From Fidelibacterota bacterium (GTDB taxonomy: Bacteria > Fidelibacterota > Marinisomatia > Marinisomatales > TCS56), in the NCBI GenBank assembly GCA_043822705.1, contig JBDRBK010000115.1, forward strand, positions 32,001 to 96,000: 64,000 nucleotides of DNA, written 5' to 3'. The position numbers and the translations under genes are program-made. This document shows, piece after piece, positions 30,442 to 41,076 of the stretch. Positions within the stretch are counted from its first letter, which is position 1; the number at the start of each line of letters is the position of its first letter. The notes under the pieces were generated by a model, which worked only from the letters and a program-made list of their open reading frames with translations, had not been told where the DNA came from and made no database searches.

Positions 30442-31676
30442 AAATGGATTTTATGAAAATCAAACACCAGGCCGAATTTTACCGGTTCGACATGGTCCGC
30501 TTTCTGCGGGACATGATCGCGATTCCCGGTGAAAGCGGCCAGGAGGCAGCGGTGATTAAACGGGCCGCCGAGGAAATGGAAAAAGTCGGCTTCGACCGCA
30601 TCGAGATCGACGATTTCGGCAACCTGCGCGGCTGGCTGGGGCATGGCAAACACCTGATTGCCATGGACGGCCATATCGACACGGTAGGCGTCGGCAATCG
30701 TGCCAACTGGGAGTTCGATCCCTATTCCGGTAAAGAGGATGATGACTGTGTCTATGGTCGCGGCGCCTCCGATCAGGAAGGCGGGATTGCAGCGATGGTC
30801 TATGCCGGAAAAATTATCAAGGACCTGGGTCTGGAGGATGACTATACCCTGGTGGTAACGGCCACGATCCAGGAAGAGGACTGTGACGGTCTTTGCTGGC
30901 AGTATATCATCGATAAGACCGGACTGCGGCCGGAGTTCGTGGTGATCAGCGAACCGACCTCGTGCCGGGTCTACCGCGGCCAGCGCGGCCGGATGGAAAT
31001 CAAGGTCAGCACCAGCGGAATCAGCGCCCACGGTTCGGCGCCGGAACGGGGCGATAACGCTATTTACAAGATGGCGCCGATCCTGGCCGAACTGGAGCAG
31101 TTGAACGGTCGCCTGGCCGATCACGATTTTCTGGGCAAGGGATCGCTGACAGTGTCGGAAATTTTCTTTTCGTCACCCTCGCGCTGCGCCGTGGCCGATG
31201 GCTGCTCGATCTCGATCGACCGACGCCTGACCTTCGGCGAAACCATGGAATCGGCCCTGGCCGAAATCCGGTCCCTGCCGGCGGTCCAAAAAGCCGGTGC
31301 CGAAGTGGCGCTCTACGATTACGACCGGCCGTCCTATCGCGGCGTCCGCTACCCGACCGCCTCCTATTTTCCGACCTGGTTGATCGACGCCGATCATCCC
31401 GCCACCCGGACCGTGGTGGATGCTTACCGCGGACTGTTCGGCAACGAACCGCTGGTCGACAAATGGACATTTTCCACCAACGGTGTAGCAATCATGGGCA
31501 AGTACGGGATTCCCTGCATCGGTTTCGGTCCCGGCCACGAAGACCAGGCCCACGCTCCCAACGAGCGCACCTGGAAAGAAGAGCTGGTCACCGCCGCCGC
31601 CGTCTACGCCACCATCCCCAAAATTTATGTGAACAATTATGCTGCTGGTGCCAAAACCGGAAGCGAGCTGGAGTAA
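30438..31676 (+). CDS. ygeY: YgeY-family M20 hydrolase
   Basis: [48 protein letters not shown]. Confidence 0.9.
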   Translation: MKMDFMKIKHQAEFYRFDMVRFLRDMIAIPGESGQEAAVIKRAAEEMEKVGFDRIEIDDFGNLRGWLGHGKHLIAMDGHIDTVGVGNRANWEFDPYSGKEDDDCVYGRGASDQEGGIAAMVYAGKIIKDLGLEDDYTLVVTATIQEEDCDGLCWQYIIDKTGLRPEFVVISEPTSCRVYRGQRGRMEIKVSTSGISAHGSAPERGDNAIYKMAPILAELEQLNGRLADHDFLGKGSLTVSEIFFSSPSRCAVADGCSISIDRRLTFGETMESALAEIRSLPAVQKAGAEVALYDYDRPSYRGVRYPTASYFPTWLIDADHPATRTVVDAYRGLFGNEPLVDKWTFSTNGVAIMGKYGIPCIGFGPGHEDQAHAPNERTWKEELVTAAAVYATIPKIYVNNYAAGAKTGSELE

Positions 31677-31678
31677 CT

Positions 31679-32686
31679 ATGAAATTTGATAAGGAATTGA
31701 TCGATCGGCTGAAAGGCAAGCATTTCATCACCCTGCAGGACTGGTCCAAAGCGGACATCGATGCCCTGCTGGAACTTTCCGCCGACCTGAAACAGAAATT
31801 CAAGACCGGTGAAATCACCGATTACCTGAAAAATCAGACCGTATTTCTGATGTTCTTCGAGCAGTCCACCCGCACCCGCAATTCCATGGAGGCGGGTATC
31901 ACCCAGTTAGGCGGGCATGCTCATTACCTGGACACCAGCACGATGCAGATATCCCACGGCGAATCGCCCAAGGACACGGCGGTGATTTTATCCCGCTACG
32001 GGCATGCCATCGCCTGCCGCAACTGTTTCTGGGAGATCGGCAACAAGTATCTGAACGATATGGCGGAATGGTCGCCAGCACCGATCATTAACATGCAGTG
32101 CGATAAATACCATCCGCTGCAGGCCCTGGCCGACCTGCTGACGATGCAGGAAAAACTGGACAATCTGCAGGGTAAAAAAGTCTCGATCATCTGGGCCTAC
32201 GCCACCAGCCATAAAAAGCCGATATCGGTGCCGCTGTCACAGATTTTGTTGTTCCCGCGCTACGGCATGGATGTGACCCTGGCCCACCCCGAGGGCTACG
32301 AGATGCCCGACTGGGCGCTGGCTCAGGCCCGGCGGAATGCGGCTGAAAACGGCGGCCGGTTCCGGATCACTCACGATCAGGATGCCGCCTATCAGGATGC
32401 CCAGATCGTGATCCCCAAGAACTGGGGCAGTTGGGTCAGCAACCAGAGCACCGCCGTTGTGGACGATCTGCTGGAAAAGAACCGTTACTGGAAATGCACC
32501 GCCGAACGGATGAAATTGACCGCCGCCGCCCGGTACATGCACGCCTTACCGGCGGATCGCGGTAACGAAGTCGAGGATGCCGTCATCGACGGACCGCAGT
32601 CGATCGTTTACGACGAGGCGGAAAACCGCCTGCACACTTCCAAGGCCGTGATGGCCCTGACCATGGGAGGGATCGATCGTGGATAA
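31679..32686 (+). CDS. ygeW: Carbamoyltransferase, YgeW-like (OTC family)
   Basis: STRTR, HPLQ, WAYATSHKKPISVP (YgeW-like loop), MHALPAD; lies directly after ygeY. Confidence 0.7.
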   Translation: MKFDKELIDRLKGKHFITLQDWSKADIDALLELSADLKQKFKTGEITDYLKNQTVFLMFFEQSTRTRNSMEAGITQLGGHAHYLDTSTMQISHGESPKDTAVILSRYGHAIACRNCFWEIGNKYLNDMAEWSPAPIINMQCDKYHPLQALADLLTMQEKLDNLQGKKVSIIWAYATSHKKPISVPLSQILLFPRYGMDVTLAHPEGYEMPDWALAQARRNAAENGGRFRITHDQDAAYQDAQIVIPKNWGSWVSNQSTAVVDDLLEKNRYWKCTAERMKLTAAARYMHALPADRGNEVEDAVIDGPQSIVYDEAENRLHTSKAVMALTMGGIDRG

Positions 32687-34148
32687 ATCGCCCGCCCGGA
32701 TTCTGGAAAATACCGTTCGGCGCTGCCGGGAAAACAATGTCATTATTCCCACCTATCGGCAGATGGCCAACCCCGACTTGATTCCGGCCGGGATCCGGCA
32801 GGAATTGCGTTCGATCGGGCTGTGGGACCTGAATCCCCGCAATCTGTTCCGAATCACCTGGAAGAATGAACCGGTGAAGCAGGGCGGGGGCTTTGGTCCG
32901 GTCAATTACCTGGAATTGCCCACAGCCCTGACCGGTGTACCGGCGCGGATTTTCGTCCTGCTGGGCAAATATTTTCCCACCGGTGCCCACAAGGTAGGCG
33001 CCACGTTCGGTCCGCTGGTCGAAAAGCTGGTGACCGGCAGGCTCGATCCCACCACCCAGAAAGCGTTGTGGCCCTCCACCGGTAATTACTGCCGCGGCGG
33101 CGCCTTTAATTCCTACCTGCTGGGGTGCCCGTCGATTGCGATCCTGCCGGAAGAAATGTCGGCGGAACGTTTCGCCTGGCTGAAGGAGATCGGTTCCGAG
33201 GTGATCGCCACTCCCGGCGGCGAAAGCAACGTCAAGGAGATATACGACAAGGTCAAGGAACTGGTGGCCGAGCGCGGCGACGAGATCGTGGTCCTGAATC
33301 AGTTCGCCGAGATCGGCAATCCTCTCTGGCATTACGCCGTTACCGGTCCCGCCATGGCCGAAGTGTTCGCCGCCAAATGCGGCGACCGGGCCCGGTTCAG
33401 CGGAGTGTTCCTGACCCAGGGGTCGGCCGGCACCTTGGGCAGCGGTGATTACCTGAAAGAGATTTTCCCGGCCGTCAAGATCGGGGCTGGCGAGGCGCTG
33501 CAGTGCCCGACCCTGCTTTACAATGGCTTCGGCGCTCACCGCATCGAGGGGATTGGTGACAAGCACGTACCCTGGATTCACAATTTGCGCAACACCGATA
33601 TGGTGGTTGCCATCGATGACAATATCGTCATGTCGGCCCTGCGCCTGTTCAACGAGCCAGCCGGTCAGCGGGTGCTGGAAGACCGCGGGGTTCCGGCTGC
33701 GTTTATCGAACAATTGCATCATTTCGGCATCTCCGGCATCGGCAACATCATCGGGGCGATTAAAATGGCCCGCTATTACGAAATGAACGAGAATGACGTC
33801 ATCTTCACGGTAGCCACCGATTCCATGGAAATGTACCAGTCCCGGCTGGCCGAAGCAACCGCGCAGCAAGGCGAGTACGGTGCCACCCGGGCGGCGATCG
33901 ATTTCGACGGGCGCTGGTGCGAGCTGGGTGTCGATAATCTGCTGGAATTGTCGCATTATGACCGCAAACGGATGCATAACCTGAAATATTTCACCTGGGT
34001 CGAGCAGCAGGGCAAGACGGCGGAAGAATTGAACGCCCAGTGGTACGACGAAAATTACTGGAAACGGCAGTACGCCCAGGTCGAAGAATGGGACCGGGCC
34101 ATCGATGAATTCAACGAACGCACGGGAGTGATCGGAAAATACCGGTAA
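32679..34148 (+). CDS. PLP-dependent fold-type II enzyme (cysteine synthase/TrpB-like superfamily)
   Basis: PTGAHKVG (PLP lysine), PSTGNY, GSAGT phosphate loop, IEGIG. Confidence 0.8.
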   Translation: MDKSPARILENTVRRCRENNVIIPTYRQMANPDLIPAGIRQELRSIGLWDLNPRNLFRITWKNEPVKQGGGFGPVNYLELPTALTGVPARIFVLLGKYFPTGAHKVGATFGPLVEKLVTGRLDPTTQKALWPSTGNYCRGGAFNSYLLGCPSIAILPEEMSAERFAWLKEIGSEVIATPGGESNVKEIYDKVKELVAERGDEIVVLNQFAEIGNPLWHYAVTGPAMAEVFAAKCGDRARFSGVFLTQGSAGTLGSGDYLKEIFPAVKIGAGEALQCPTLLYNGFGAHRIEGIGDKHVPWIHNLRNTDMVVAIDDNIVMSALRLFNEPAGQRVLEDRGVPAAFIEQLHHFGISGIGNIIGAIKMARYYEMNENDVIFTVATDSMEMYQSRLAEATAQQGEYGATRAAIDFDGRWCELGVDNLLELSHYDRKRMHNLKYFTWVEQQGKTAEELNAQWYDENYWKRQYAQVEEWDRAIDEFNERTGVIGKYR

Positions 34149-34167
34149 TGACTGACAGAGCAGCGGA

Positions 34168-35415
34168 ATGATGGAACTGGAGCAACGTTTGCAAGGCTAT
34201 CGCTGTCTGGAGTGTGGCAAGCTCCAGCCGCCGGAGCCATTCCCCTATACCTGCGGCAGTTGCGGCGCCAATCTGGACGCCGTTTATAATTATGATGTGA
34301 TCGGCCGACACTGGGATCGGCCGAGACTGGCCGGCACTCGCGATCGATCGCTGTGGCGCTACGCTCCCTTGTTACCGGTTATCGAACCGCTGGCTGGTTG
34401 CTCAATTCAGGTGGGCGGCACACCGCTGGTGGCGGTTCCCCGCCTGGCCGATGAAATTGGTATAACAAACCTGTGGATCAAGGATGATACGCGCAATCCT
34501 TCGGGCAGCCTGAAGGACCGGGCCTCGGAGGTCGGTCTGTGTCATGCCGCCGAAGCGGGACTCGAGACACTGGTGACCGCCTCCACCGGCAATGCAGCAG
34601 CCTCCCTGGCAGCCCTGGCGGCTTATCACGGCCGGCAGGCGGTGATTCTGGCCCCGGCTGACGCACCACCGGCCAAGCTGACCCAGATTCTGCAATATGG
34701 CGCGACCCTGTGTCCGGTGGACGGCAGCTATGACGATGCCTTCGATCTGGCCACGGTAGTTGCCGGTCACTTCGGCTGGTACCTGCGCAGCACCGGGATC
34801 AACCCGGTCATGTCGGAAGGGAAGAAAACCGTTGCCCTGGAAATCGCCGAACAACTGGACTGGCAGGTGCCCGATTTCATCTTCGTGCCGGTGGGCGACG
34901 GCTGCATCATCGGCGGTGTTTTCAAGGGATTCTTTGACCTGCTGCAGCTGGGTTGGATCGACCGGCTGCCACGGATCGTGGCGGTGCAGGCCGAGGGATC
35001 GGCGGCGATCGTGCGGGCTCTGGAGGCGAATTCTGAAATTGTGGCGGTAGCGGCCAACACGGTGGCGGACAGCATCGCCGTTGACCTGCCCCGTGACGGA
35101 TTGAAAGCGCTACGGGCGGTGCGGGAATCAGATGGATTCGGAATCGTCGTCAGCGATGAAGCGATTTTACAGGCTCAGAAGAAGTTAGCGGAGACGACCG
35201 GTATTTTCGTCGAACCGGCTGCCGCCGCCGCCTTCGCCGGATTATTGCGTGCCCGCGAAGGTGACTTGATTAAAAGCGGCGAATCGGCGGTTGTACTGGC
35301 CACCGGCAGTGGACTGAAGGATATTGCCGCGGCTCAAAGAATACTATCCATCCCGGCTGCCATCCGGCCGGATATCGAATCATTTGTACAATTTATTGAA
35401 ACGACCAGTAGGTAG
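34168..35415 (+). CDS. Threonine synthase-like PLP enzyme with N-terminal zinc ribbon
   Basis: CxxC...CxxC, GGTPL, NPSGSLKDR, ASTGNAA, EGKKT, VPVGDG, TGSGLKD. Confidence 0.8.
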   Translation: MMELEQRLQGYRCLECGKLQPPEPFPYTCGSCGANLDAVYNYDVIGRHWDRPRLAGTRDRSLWRYAPLLPVIEPLAGCSIQVGGTPLVAVPRLADEIGITNLWIKDDTRNPSGSLKDRASEVGLCHAAEAGLETLVTASTGNAAASLAALAAYHGRQAVILAPADAPPAKLTQILQYGATLCPVDGSYDDAFDLATVVAGHFGWYLRSTGINPVMSEGKKTVALEIAEQLDWQVPDFIFVPVGDGCIIGGVFKGFFDLLQLGWIDRLPRIVAVQAEGSAAIVRALEANSEIVAVAANTVADSIAVDLPRDGLKALRAVRESDGFGIVVSDEAILQAQKKLAETTGIFVEPAAAAAFAGLLRAREGDLIKSGESAVVLATGSGLKDIAAAQRILSIPAAIRPDIESFVQFIETTSR

Positions 35416-35422
35416 CGAACTG

Positions 35423-35905
35423 ATGCTGTTTTCCGATAAACCCGAGTATTTTGACCTCAGCGTCACCATCAATGGCAAGTTGATCCGGCGAACGGTCCTG
35501 ACTCACCTGCGCCTGCTGGATTTCTTACGGGATGACCTGCGCCTCACCGGCGCCAAGGAAGTCTGCGGCGAAGGTGAATGCGGTGCGTGCACCGTGATCC
35601 TGGATGGAAAAACGGTCAATTCCTGCCTGATCCTGGCGGTTGAGACCCACGGTTCGACAATTCAGACGATTGAGGGAATGACACCGGCCAGTGGATTTAC
35701 GGAATTGCAGAAGTCTTTCGTTGACCAGCATTCGGTCCAGTGCGGCTACTGCATTCCCGGAATGGTGCTGTCGGCGGATCAATTGCAGCGTGATTGTAAC
35801 AATCCTGACCACGAAGCTGTGAAGGAGGGGTTGACCGGGAATATCTGCCGCTGTACCGGTTATAAGAAAATTATTGCTGCCGTAGAAAAGGGGTCGGACG
35901 GATGA
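35423..35905 (+). CDS. Xanthine dehydrogenase (2Fe-2S) subunit
   Basis: CGEGECGACTV, QCGYCIPG, GNICRCTGY; start at ATG 35423. Confidence 0.9.
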   Translation: MLFSDKPEYFDLSVTINGKLIRRTVLTHLRLLDFLRDDLRLTGAKEVCGEGECGACTVILDGKTVNSCLILAVETHGSTIQTIEGMTPASGFTELQKSFVDQHSVQCGYCIPGMVLSADQLQRDCNNPDHEAVKEGLTGNICRCTGYKKIIAAVEKGSDG

Positions 35906-36738
35906 AATATTACCGGCCCGAAACGACGGCACAGTTATTCACCCTGTTGACTGATATACCGGCTAATCGCCGGACCCTGCTGGCGGGAGGAACCGATCTG
36001 CTGCCGCGTTATGAAAATGGATCAGCGCTGCCGGATAATCTGATCGATTTGAAAAAAATACCTGACTTCTGTGGGATAACCGAGTTTAGCGACCGGATCG
36101 AAATCGGCGCGCTCACTACGATCGAAATACTGAAAAATAACGCGCTGGTCCGTGATCATTTTCATGGCCTCTGGCTGGCGACGACCCAATTCGCCGGTGT
36201 GCAGATTCGACACCGGGCCACCCTGGGCGGCAATATCGTTAATGCATCACCGGCCGGCGATACATTGCCGGCACTTTACGCACACCGGGCGAAGCTGCGT
36301 CTAATCGGTCCTACGGCAGAGCGGGAAGTAGCGATCGCTGATTTTATATCCGGTCCCGGCAAAACTATCACCAGGGAGGATGAAATTCTGCAGGCCGTAA
36401 TCCTGCCGAAAAGCGCCGGCTTTTCCACCTTTTATAAGCTGGGACTGCGCCAGACAATGGCCATTTCGGTGGTGAATTTTGCCCTAGTCGGAAAGATTAT
36501 GTCCGGCGGATTCACTAATCTGACGATCGCCGCCGGGGCGGTGGCGCCGACGGTGAAATACCTTTTCCGGTTCAGCACTACTGTAGTGCAAGAAGGCCGC
36601 TCACTCGGCGATAGTATCGACCTGGTCGATGCGGACATCGCTCCGATTGATGATATCCGGGCTTCGGCTGACTACCGCCGCCGGGCACTGAAAAATGTGC
36701 TGGTGTTTACACTGCAAGAATTGGTGAATAAAGGATGA
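35902..36738 (+). CDS. Xanthine dehydrogenase FAD-binding subunit
   Basis: AGGTDL, QIRHRATLGGN, NASPAGD, PIDDIRASADYR. Confidence 0.9.
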   Translation: MKYYRPETTAQLFTLLTDIPANRRTLLAGGTDLLPRYENGSALPDNLIDLKKIPDFCGITEFSDRIEIGALTTIEILKNNALVRDHFHGLWLATTQFAGVQIRHRATLGGNIVNASPAGDTLPALYAHRAKLRLIGPTAEREVAIADFISGPGKTITREDEILQAVILPKSAGFSTFYKLGLRQTMAISVVNFALVGKIMSGGFTNLTIAAGAVAPTVKYLFRFSTTVVQEGRSLGDSIDLVDADIAPIDDIRASADYRRRALKNVLVFTLQELVNKG

Positions 36739-36760
36739 CAGAGCAATGCTGCAGTTCAAA

Positions 36761-37061
36761 TTCGACCCCTTCAGGGTCATGGCCTCTGTGCAGAGGTACT
36801 ATCGGTTGCGCCGATAGTTATTCATATTCAATCCCTGCAGGATTGTTCTCTGGTACAATGCAAAGTAGGTTTTGCTGGAGTTTGACCCCTTCCAGGTCAG
36901 AGCCTCTGTGCAGAGGCCCTATCGGCCACACCGATAGTTATTCATATTCAATCCCTCCGGGATTGCTCAAACGGTGTTATACCGATTTCGAAAACTCCGA
37001 AGGAGTTTAATGTGAATAGACGGTTAAATTTGAATAATACGACAACCCCGGAGGGGTTGAA
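36761..37061. repeat. REP-like palindrome cluster upstream of tnpA (units A1, A2, B2)
   Basis: A1 36761-36845 and A2 36881-36965 are near-identical 85-bp units; B2 36991-37061 carries the same hairpin type (TTCAACCCCTCCGGGGTTG) inverted. Confidence 0.85.
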
Positions 37062-37067
37062 TAAATA

Positions 37068-37514
37068 GTGTCAACATATACGCAAATATATTATCATATC
37101 ATTTTTTCGACTAAAAACAGGGTGCCCTGCCTTAAAGAAGCGGGCCGTGATGAATTATTCAAATATATCTGGGGTATTGTTAAAAATAAGGATTGCCACC
37201 TGTATCGAATTAATGGCGTTGAGGACCACGTTCATATATTGATTAGCCTGAAACCAGCGGTTGCCCTCGCTGATTTGGTTAAAGATATTAAGGTAGCAAC
37301 CTCAATTTGGATAAAAGAACGGAATATTTTTCCACGATTCGAAGGCTGGCAGGGGGGATATGCCGCCTTTACATATGCGGACAAAGATAAAAACACCGTA
37401 ATCAATTATATAAAAAACCAGGTTGAACATCATCGGAAGAGAAGTTTCCGCGAAGAGGTCGAAGCTCTGTTAAAAGAACATGGTGTTGATGTTGATGAAA
37501 GGTTTTTGGTTTGA
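37068..37514 (+). mobile_element. tnpA: IS200/IS605-family Y1 HUH transposase (REP-associated-type TnpA), no tnpB
   Basis: YHIIFSTKNR, DHVHIL (HUH), WQGGY, YIKNQ (catalytic Tyr); 148 aa. Confidence 0.9.
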
Positions 37515-37690
37515 CCCATTCAGGGTCATGGTCTCTGTGCAGAGGCGATATCGGTTGTGCCGATAGTTATCCAGGTTCAATCCCTTCGGAATTGCTCAAA
37601 CGGTGTGATACCAATTTCGAAAACTCCGCAGGAGTTTTATGTGAATAGACGATCAGATTGGAAAGAAACGGCAATCCCGGAGGGGTTGAA
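37510..37690. repeat. REP-like palindrome cluster downstream of tnpA (A3+B3), direct repeat of 36881-37061
   Basis: 181-bp colinear match to 36881-37061; contains the tnpA stop codon. Confidence 0.85.
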
Positions 37691-37697
37691 TTAAACC

Positions 37698-40600
37698 ATG
37701 TCCGATAAATTATTCACCTGCCCGATCGATCGACTGCTGAGCTGGATACTGGCCGAGGAGCGTCAGGGATCAATCTTTGGCATTGATAAGAACCTGTTTT
37801 TTATGCCTGCCGCCACCGATCCGTTCCGGATGCGGCGTTACGACCAGCTTCTGGAAACACCTGTCGGTGTGGCGGCGGGTCCCCACACCCAGCTTTCCCA
37901 GAATATTATATCCGCCTGGCTCACCGGCGCCCGCTACATCGAACTGAAAACCGTCCAGACATTGGATAAAATCGAGGTCGCCAAACCCTGCATCGATATG
38001 CAGGACGAAGGCTACAACTGCGAATGGTCCCAGGAATTGAAACTGCGCCGGTCCTTCGACCAGTACCTGGATGCCTGGATTCTGATTCATGTTCTCCGCC
38101 GGCATTTCGGCTGGGAGTTCGGTATCGGTCCCGGTGTCATCTTCAACATGAGCGTGGGTTATGATCTGGCCGGTATTAAAAACGCCAATGTCCAGGAATT
38201 CCTCGATTTAATGGAGAACTGCCAGCCATTGCTGGAAGCCAAACTGGAACAGATTGAAACAATCTATCCGGCCACTCATGACTTAGGAATAGCGTCCCGT
38301 CTGTCCGATAACGTGACCCTGTCCACCATGCATGGCTGTCCACCAGATGAGATCGAGCGAATCGCCCGCTATTTGATTGAAGAACGCCGCCTGCACACGG
38401 CGGTGAAACTGAATCCGACTCTGCTGGGACCCGACAATCTGCGGCAAATCCTCACCAGCAATCTGGGCTTCAGGAATATCACCGTTCCCGATCAGGCTTT
38501 CGAGCACGATCTGAAATATGATCAGGCTCTCACAATTATTCGCAATTTGCAAGCCAGCGCCGGAAAAGCGGGGGTGGAATTCGGACTGAAACTCACCAAC
38601 ACACTGGAAGTACTGAATCAGAAGGAATTGTTTCCCGGTAGCGAGGAGCAGGCGTACCTGAGTGGTCGCGCGCTCCATCCCCTGAGTGTCAACTTGGCTG
38701 CTAAACTGCAGACTGAATTTGATGGCGCTTTGGATTTATCGTTTTGCGCCGGTGCCGACTGTTTTAATATCGCTGATCTCGTTGCCTGCGGACTGGCCCC
38801 GGTTACCACCTGCTCCGACCTGCTCAAGCCGGGAGGCTATGGCCGGTTGAAACAGTATATCGGCCAACTTGCGGATCGATTCTCCAAGCGGTCAGCGGTC
38901 AGCGTTGAAGATTTTATCAATATTACAGCCGGGCATCCCGGCTCAACCAGTCAGGCCGCGCTGAAGAATCTACAGGCTTACGCCAAAGTTGTGCTCACTA
39001 ATGATAGCTACCAGCGGGAATCACCGTTCTACCCGTCGGTGAAAACCCTCAAGCCGCTTCCGGTATTCGATTGCATTTCCGCCCCCTGCACCGCGGCCTG
39101 CGCTACCGATCAGGGTATCCCGGAATACATGTACCACACCGCCAAAAGCGATTTCGATCGGGCTTATGCCACAATTTTAAAGACCAACCCGTTGCCAGGT
39201 ATTACCGGTTATGTCTGCGATCACCTGTGCCAGACCAAATGCACCCGCATCAACTACGACCGGCCGCTGCTGATCCGGGAAATCAAACGTTTTGTCACCG
39301 AACACGGTCAGACCGGGAATACACCTATAAAGATCACCTCGAATGGCAAACAAGTAGCCGTTATCGGTGGAGGACCATCGGGATTGTCATGTGCCTATTT
39401 CCTGGCATTGCAGGGTTTTGCAGTGGAAATATTTGAAGCCAAGGCCAACCTGGGCGGCATGGTTTCCGGGGCGATTCCACGGTTTCGACTGGGCGATGAC
39501 AGCGTTCAAAATGATCTCAATCTAATCACCGGACTGGGCGTGCAAATCCATTACAGCCGTACTATTGATCAGGACGAATTCCAGCGCCTGCAGACCGAAT
39601 ATGACTATGTCTATCTGGGTCTGGGGGCCCAGGCCAGCCGCAAACTGAATATCCCCGGTGAAGACCACAACCGGGTTTTGGATCCCCTGAAATTTTTGTC
39701 CGCCGTGAAGAATGGTATATCCCTGCCGATGGGGTCGGAAGTAATTATTATCGGCGGTGGTAACACCGCCATGGATGCCGCCCGCACCTCGTTACGATTG
39801 GTCGGTGAAGGGGGAACAGTGACCATCGTTTATCGGCGCACCATCGACCAGATGCCGGCGGACTGGGAAGAGGTGGCGGCCGCCCAAGCAGAGGGGATTG
39901 CCATCCACGAGTTGCTGGCGCCGGTTTTTATTGAAGAACAGGGCGGTAAGTTGGTACTGATCGTACGCCGCATACGACTGGGTGCCAAAGACAGCAGCGG
40001 ACGTCCCCGGCCGGTGGATATTCCCGGCAGCGATTTCGCATTGGACTGTGATTACCTGATTCCCGCCGTGGGGCAGTCGGTGGCAGTGGATTTTCTGGAT
40101 GATGCCGATTTGCGGGTTGATCCGCGGACCAAGGCTACCAGCCGGCCAAAGGTATATGCCGGTGGTGACGCCGTCCGGGGGGCCTATACCATCATCGCCG
40201 CCGTGGGCGACGGCCAGCGCGCCGCTGCTGCAATTGGTGAACAGGTCACGGGGACTACGGTTAATTTTGATACGGGCCTGGCCGGAAAAGCGTCGGCGGA
40301 AGTACAAGCTCAGCGCTTTGCTACGCGCGATTATGGTTCGATAACCAGCGGATTTGAACCGCACCACGATCGTCCGGTCAAGACATTGCTGACGTCGGAA
40401 CAGGCCTGGACCGAGGCCGCCCGCTGTCTGTACTGTGACGAATTTTGCGATATCTGCGTTACCGTCTGCCCCAACCGCGCCAACCTGGCTTATCCGGTGG
40501 ATAAGATCGCCATTGATATTCCGATTGTTACGCAATTAGGCGGCAAAACCGCAATCAAAGCAGGCAGCCGCTTGATAGTGGATCAGCCGACCCAGATCGC

Positions 40601-40991
40601 CAATATTGCCGATTTCTGTAACGAATGCGGCAACTGTACGACGTTTTGTCCCACCGCCGGTGCCCCCTGGCGGGACAAACCGCGCATCTGCCTGTCGGAG
40701 GCCGGTTTCGCCGACCTGGTCGAAGGTTATTACCTGCGGCTGGACCGGCTGGACTTCAAATCTCCCGCCGGCAGCACCAGTTTGCAAATCATAGACGAGC
40801 AACTGGTCTGGGAAACACCTCAATTGACGGTGACATTTGACAAAAAGACATTGGAATTGACCCGGGTGGACTGGAAAACAACACCCGACCAATCAATCTC
40901 ACTGGAGCCGGCGCTGAGAATGGCGGTTATCTGGAAAGGGTTGCGTGAAATATCGATATCCGGTTTACCATTGATAAACCAGGAGCACTGA
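37698..40991 (+). CDS. ygfK: YgfK-type Fe-S flavoprotein oxidoreductase
   Basis: AAGPHTQLSQNI, ELKTVQ, EGYNCEWS, KLNPTLLG, GltD-like GGGPSG/GGGNTAMD, CDICVTVCPNRAN, CNECGNC. Confidence 0.9.
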   Translation: MSDKLFTCPIDRLLSWILAEERQGSIFGIDKNLFFMPAATDPFRMRRYDQLLETPVGVAAGPHTQLSQNIISAWLTGARYIELKTVQTLDKIEVAKPCIDMQDEGYNCEWSQELKLRRSFDQYLDAWILIHVLRRHFGWEFGIGPGVIFNMSVGYDLAGIKNANVQEFLDLMENCQPLLEAKLEQIETIYPATHDLGIASRLSDNVTLSTMHGCPPDEIERIARYLIEERRLHTAVKLNPTLLGPDNLRQILTSNLGFRNITVPDQAFEHDLKYDQALTIIRNLQASAGKAGVEFGLKLTNTLEVLNQKELFPGSEEQAYLSGRALHPLSVNLAAKLQTEFDGALDLSFCAGADCFNIADLVACGLAPVTTCSDLLKPGGYGRLKQYIGQLADRFSKRSAVSVEDFINITAGHPGSTSQAALKNLQAYAKVVLTNDSYQRESPFYPSVKTLKPLPVFDCISAPCTAACATDQGIPEYMYHTAKSDFDRAYATILKTNPLPGITGYVCDHLCQTKCTRINYDRPLLIREIKRFVTEHGQTGNTPIKITSNGKQVAVIGGGPSGLSCAYFLALQGFAVEIFEAKANLGGMVSGAIPRFRLGDDSVQNDLNLITGLGVQIHYSRTIDQDEFQRLQTEYDYVYLGLGAQASRKLNIPGEDHNRVLDPLKFLSAVKNGISLPMGSEVIIIGGGNTAMDAARTSLRLVGEGGTVTIVYRRTIDQMPADWEEVAAAQAEGIAIHELLAPVFIEEQGGKLVLIVRRIRLGAKDSSGRPRPVDIPGSDFALDCDYLIPAVGQSVAVDFLDDADLRVDPRTKATSRPKVYAGGDAVRGAYTIIAAVGDGQRAAAAIGEQVTGTTVNFDTGLAGKASAEVQAQRFATRDYGSITSGFEPHHDRPVKTLLTSEQAWTEAARCLYCDEFCDICVTVCPNRANLAYPVDKIAIDIPIVTQLGGKTAIKAGSRLIVDQPTQIANIADFCNECGNCTTFCPTAGAPWRDKPRICLSEAGFADLVEGYYLRLDRLDFKSPAGSTSLQIIDEQLVWETPQLTVTFDKKTLELTRVDWKTTPDQSISLEPALRMAVIWKGLREISISGLPLINQEH

Positions 40992-41076
40992 GTGCCGCGA
41001 GGATTATCGTATGCATCCTTATCGCTGCAGTATCCGCTGTGCCGCCGTGGTAAAAATAGCTTAAATTAAACGAATT

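Noticed and set aside
32583..33977. Long antisense ORFs (also 1964-3058, 12361-13494, 48543-49664, 58489-59601)
   Set aside because: Shadow frames of well-supported GC-rich genes, with no motifs of their own.
36735..37010. 91-aa ORF between the FAD subunit and tnpA
   Set aside because: It is a translation of the A1/A2 palindromic repeats.
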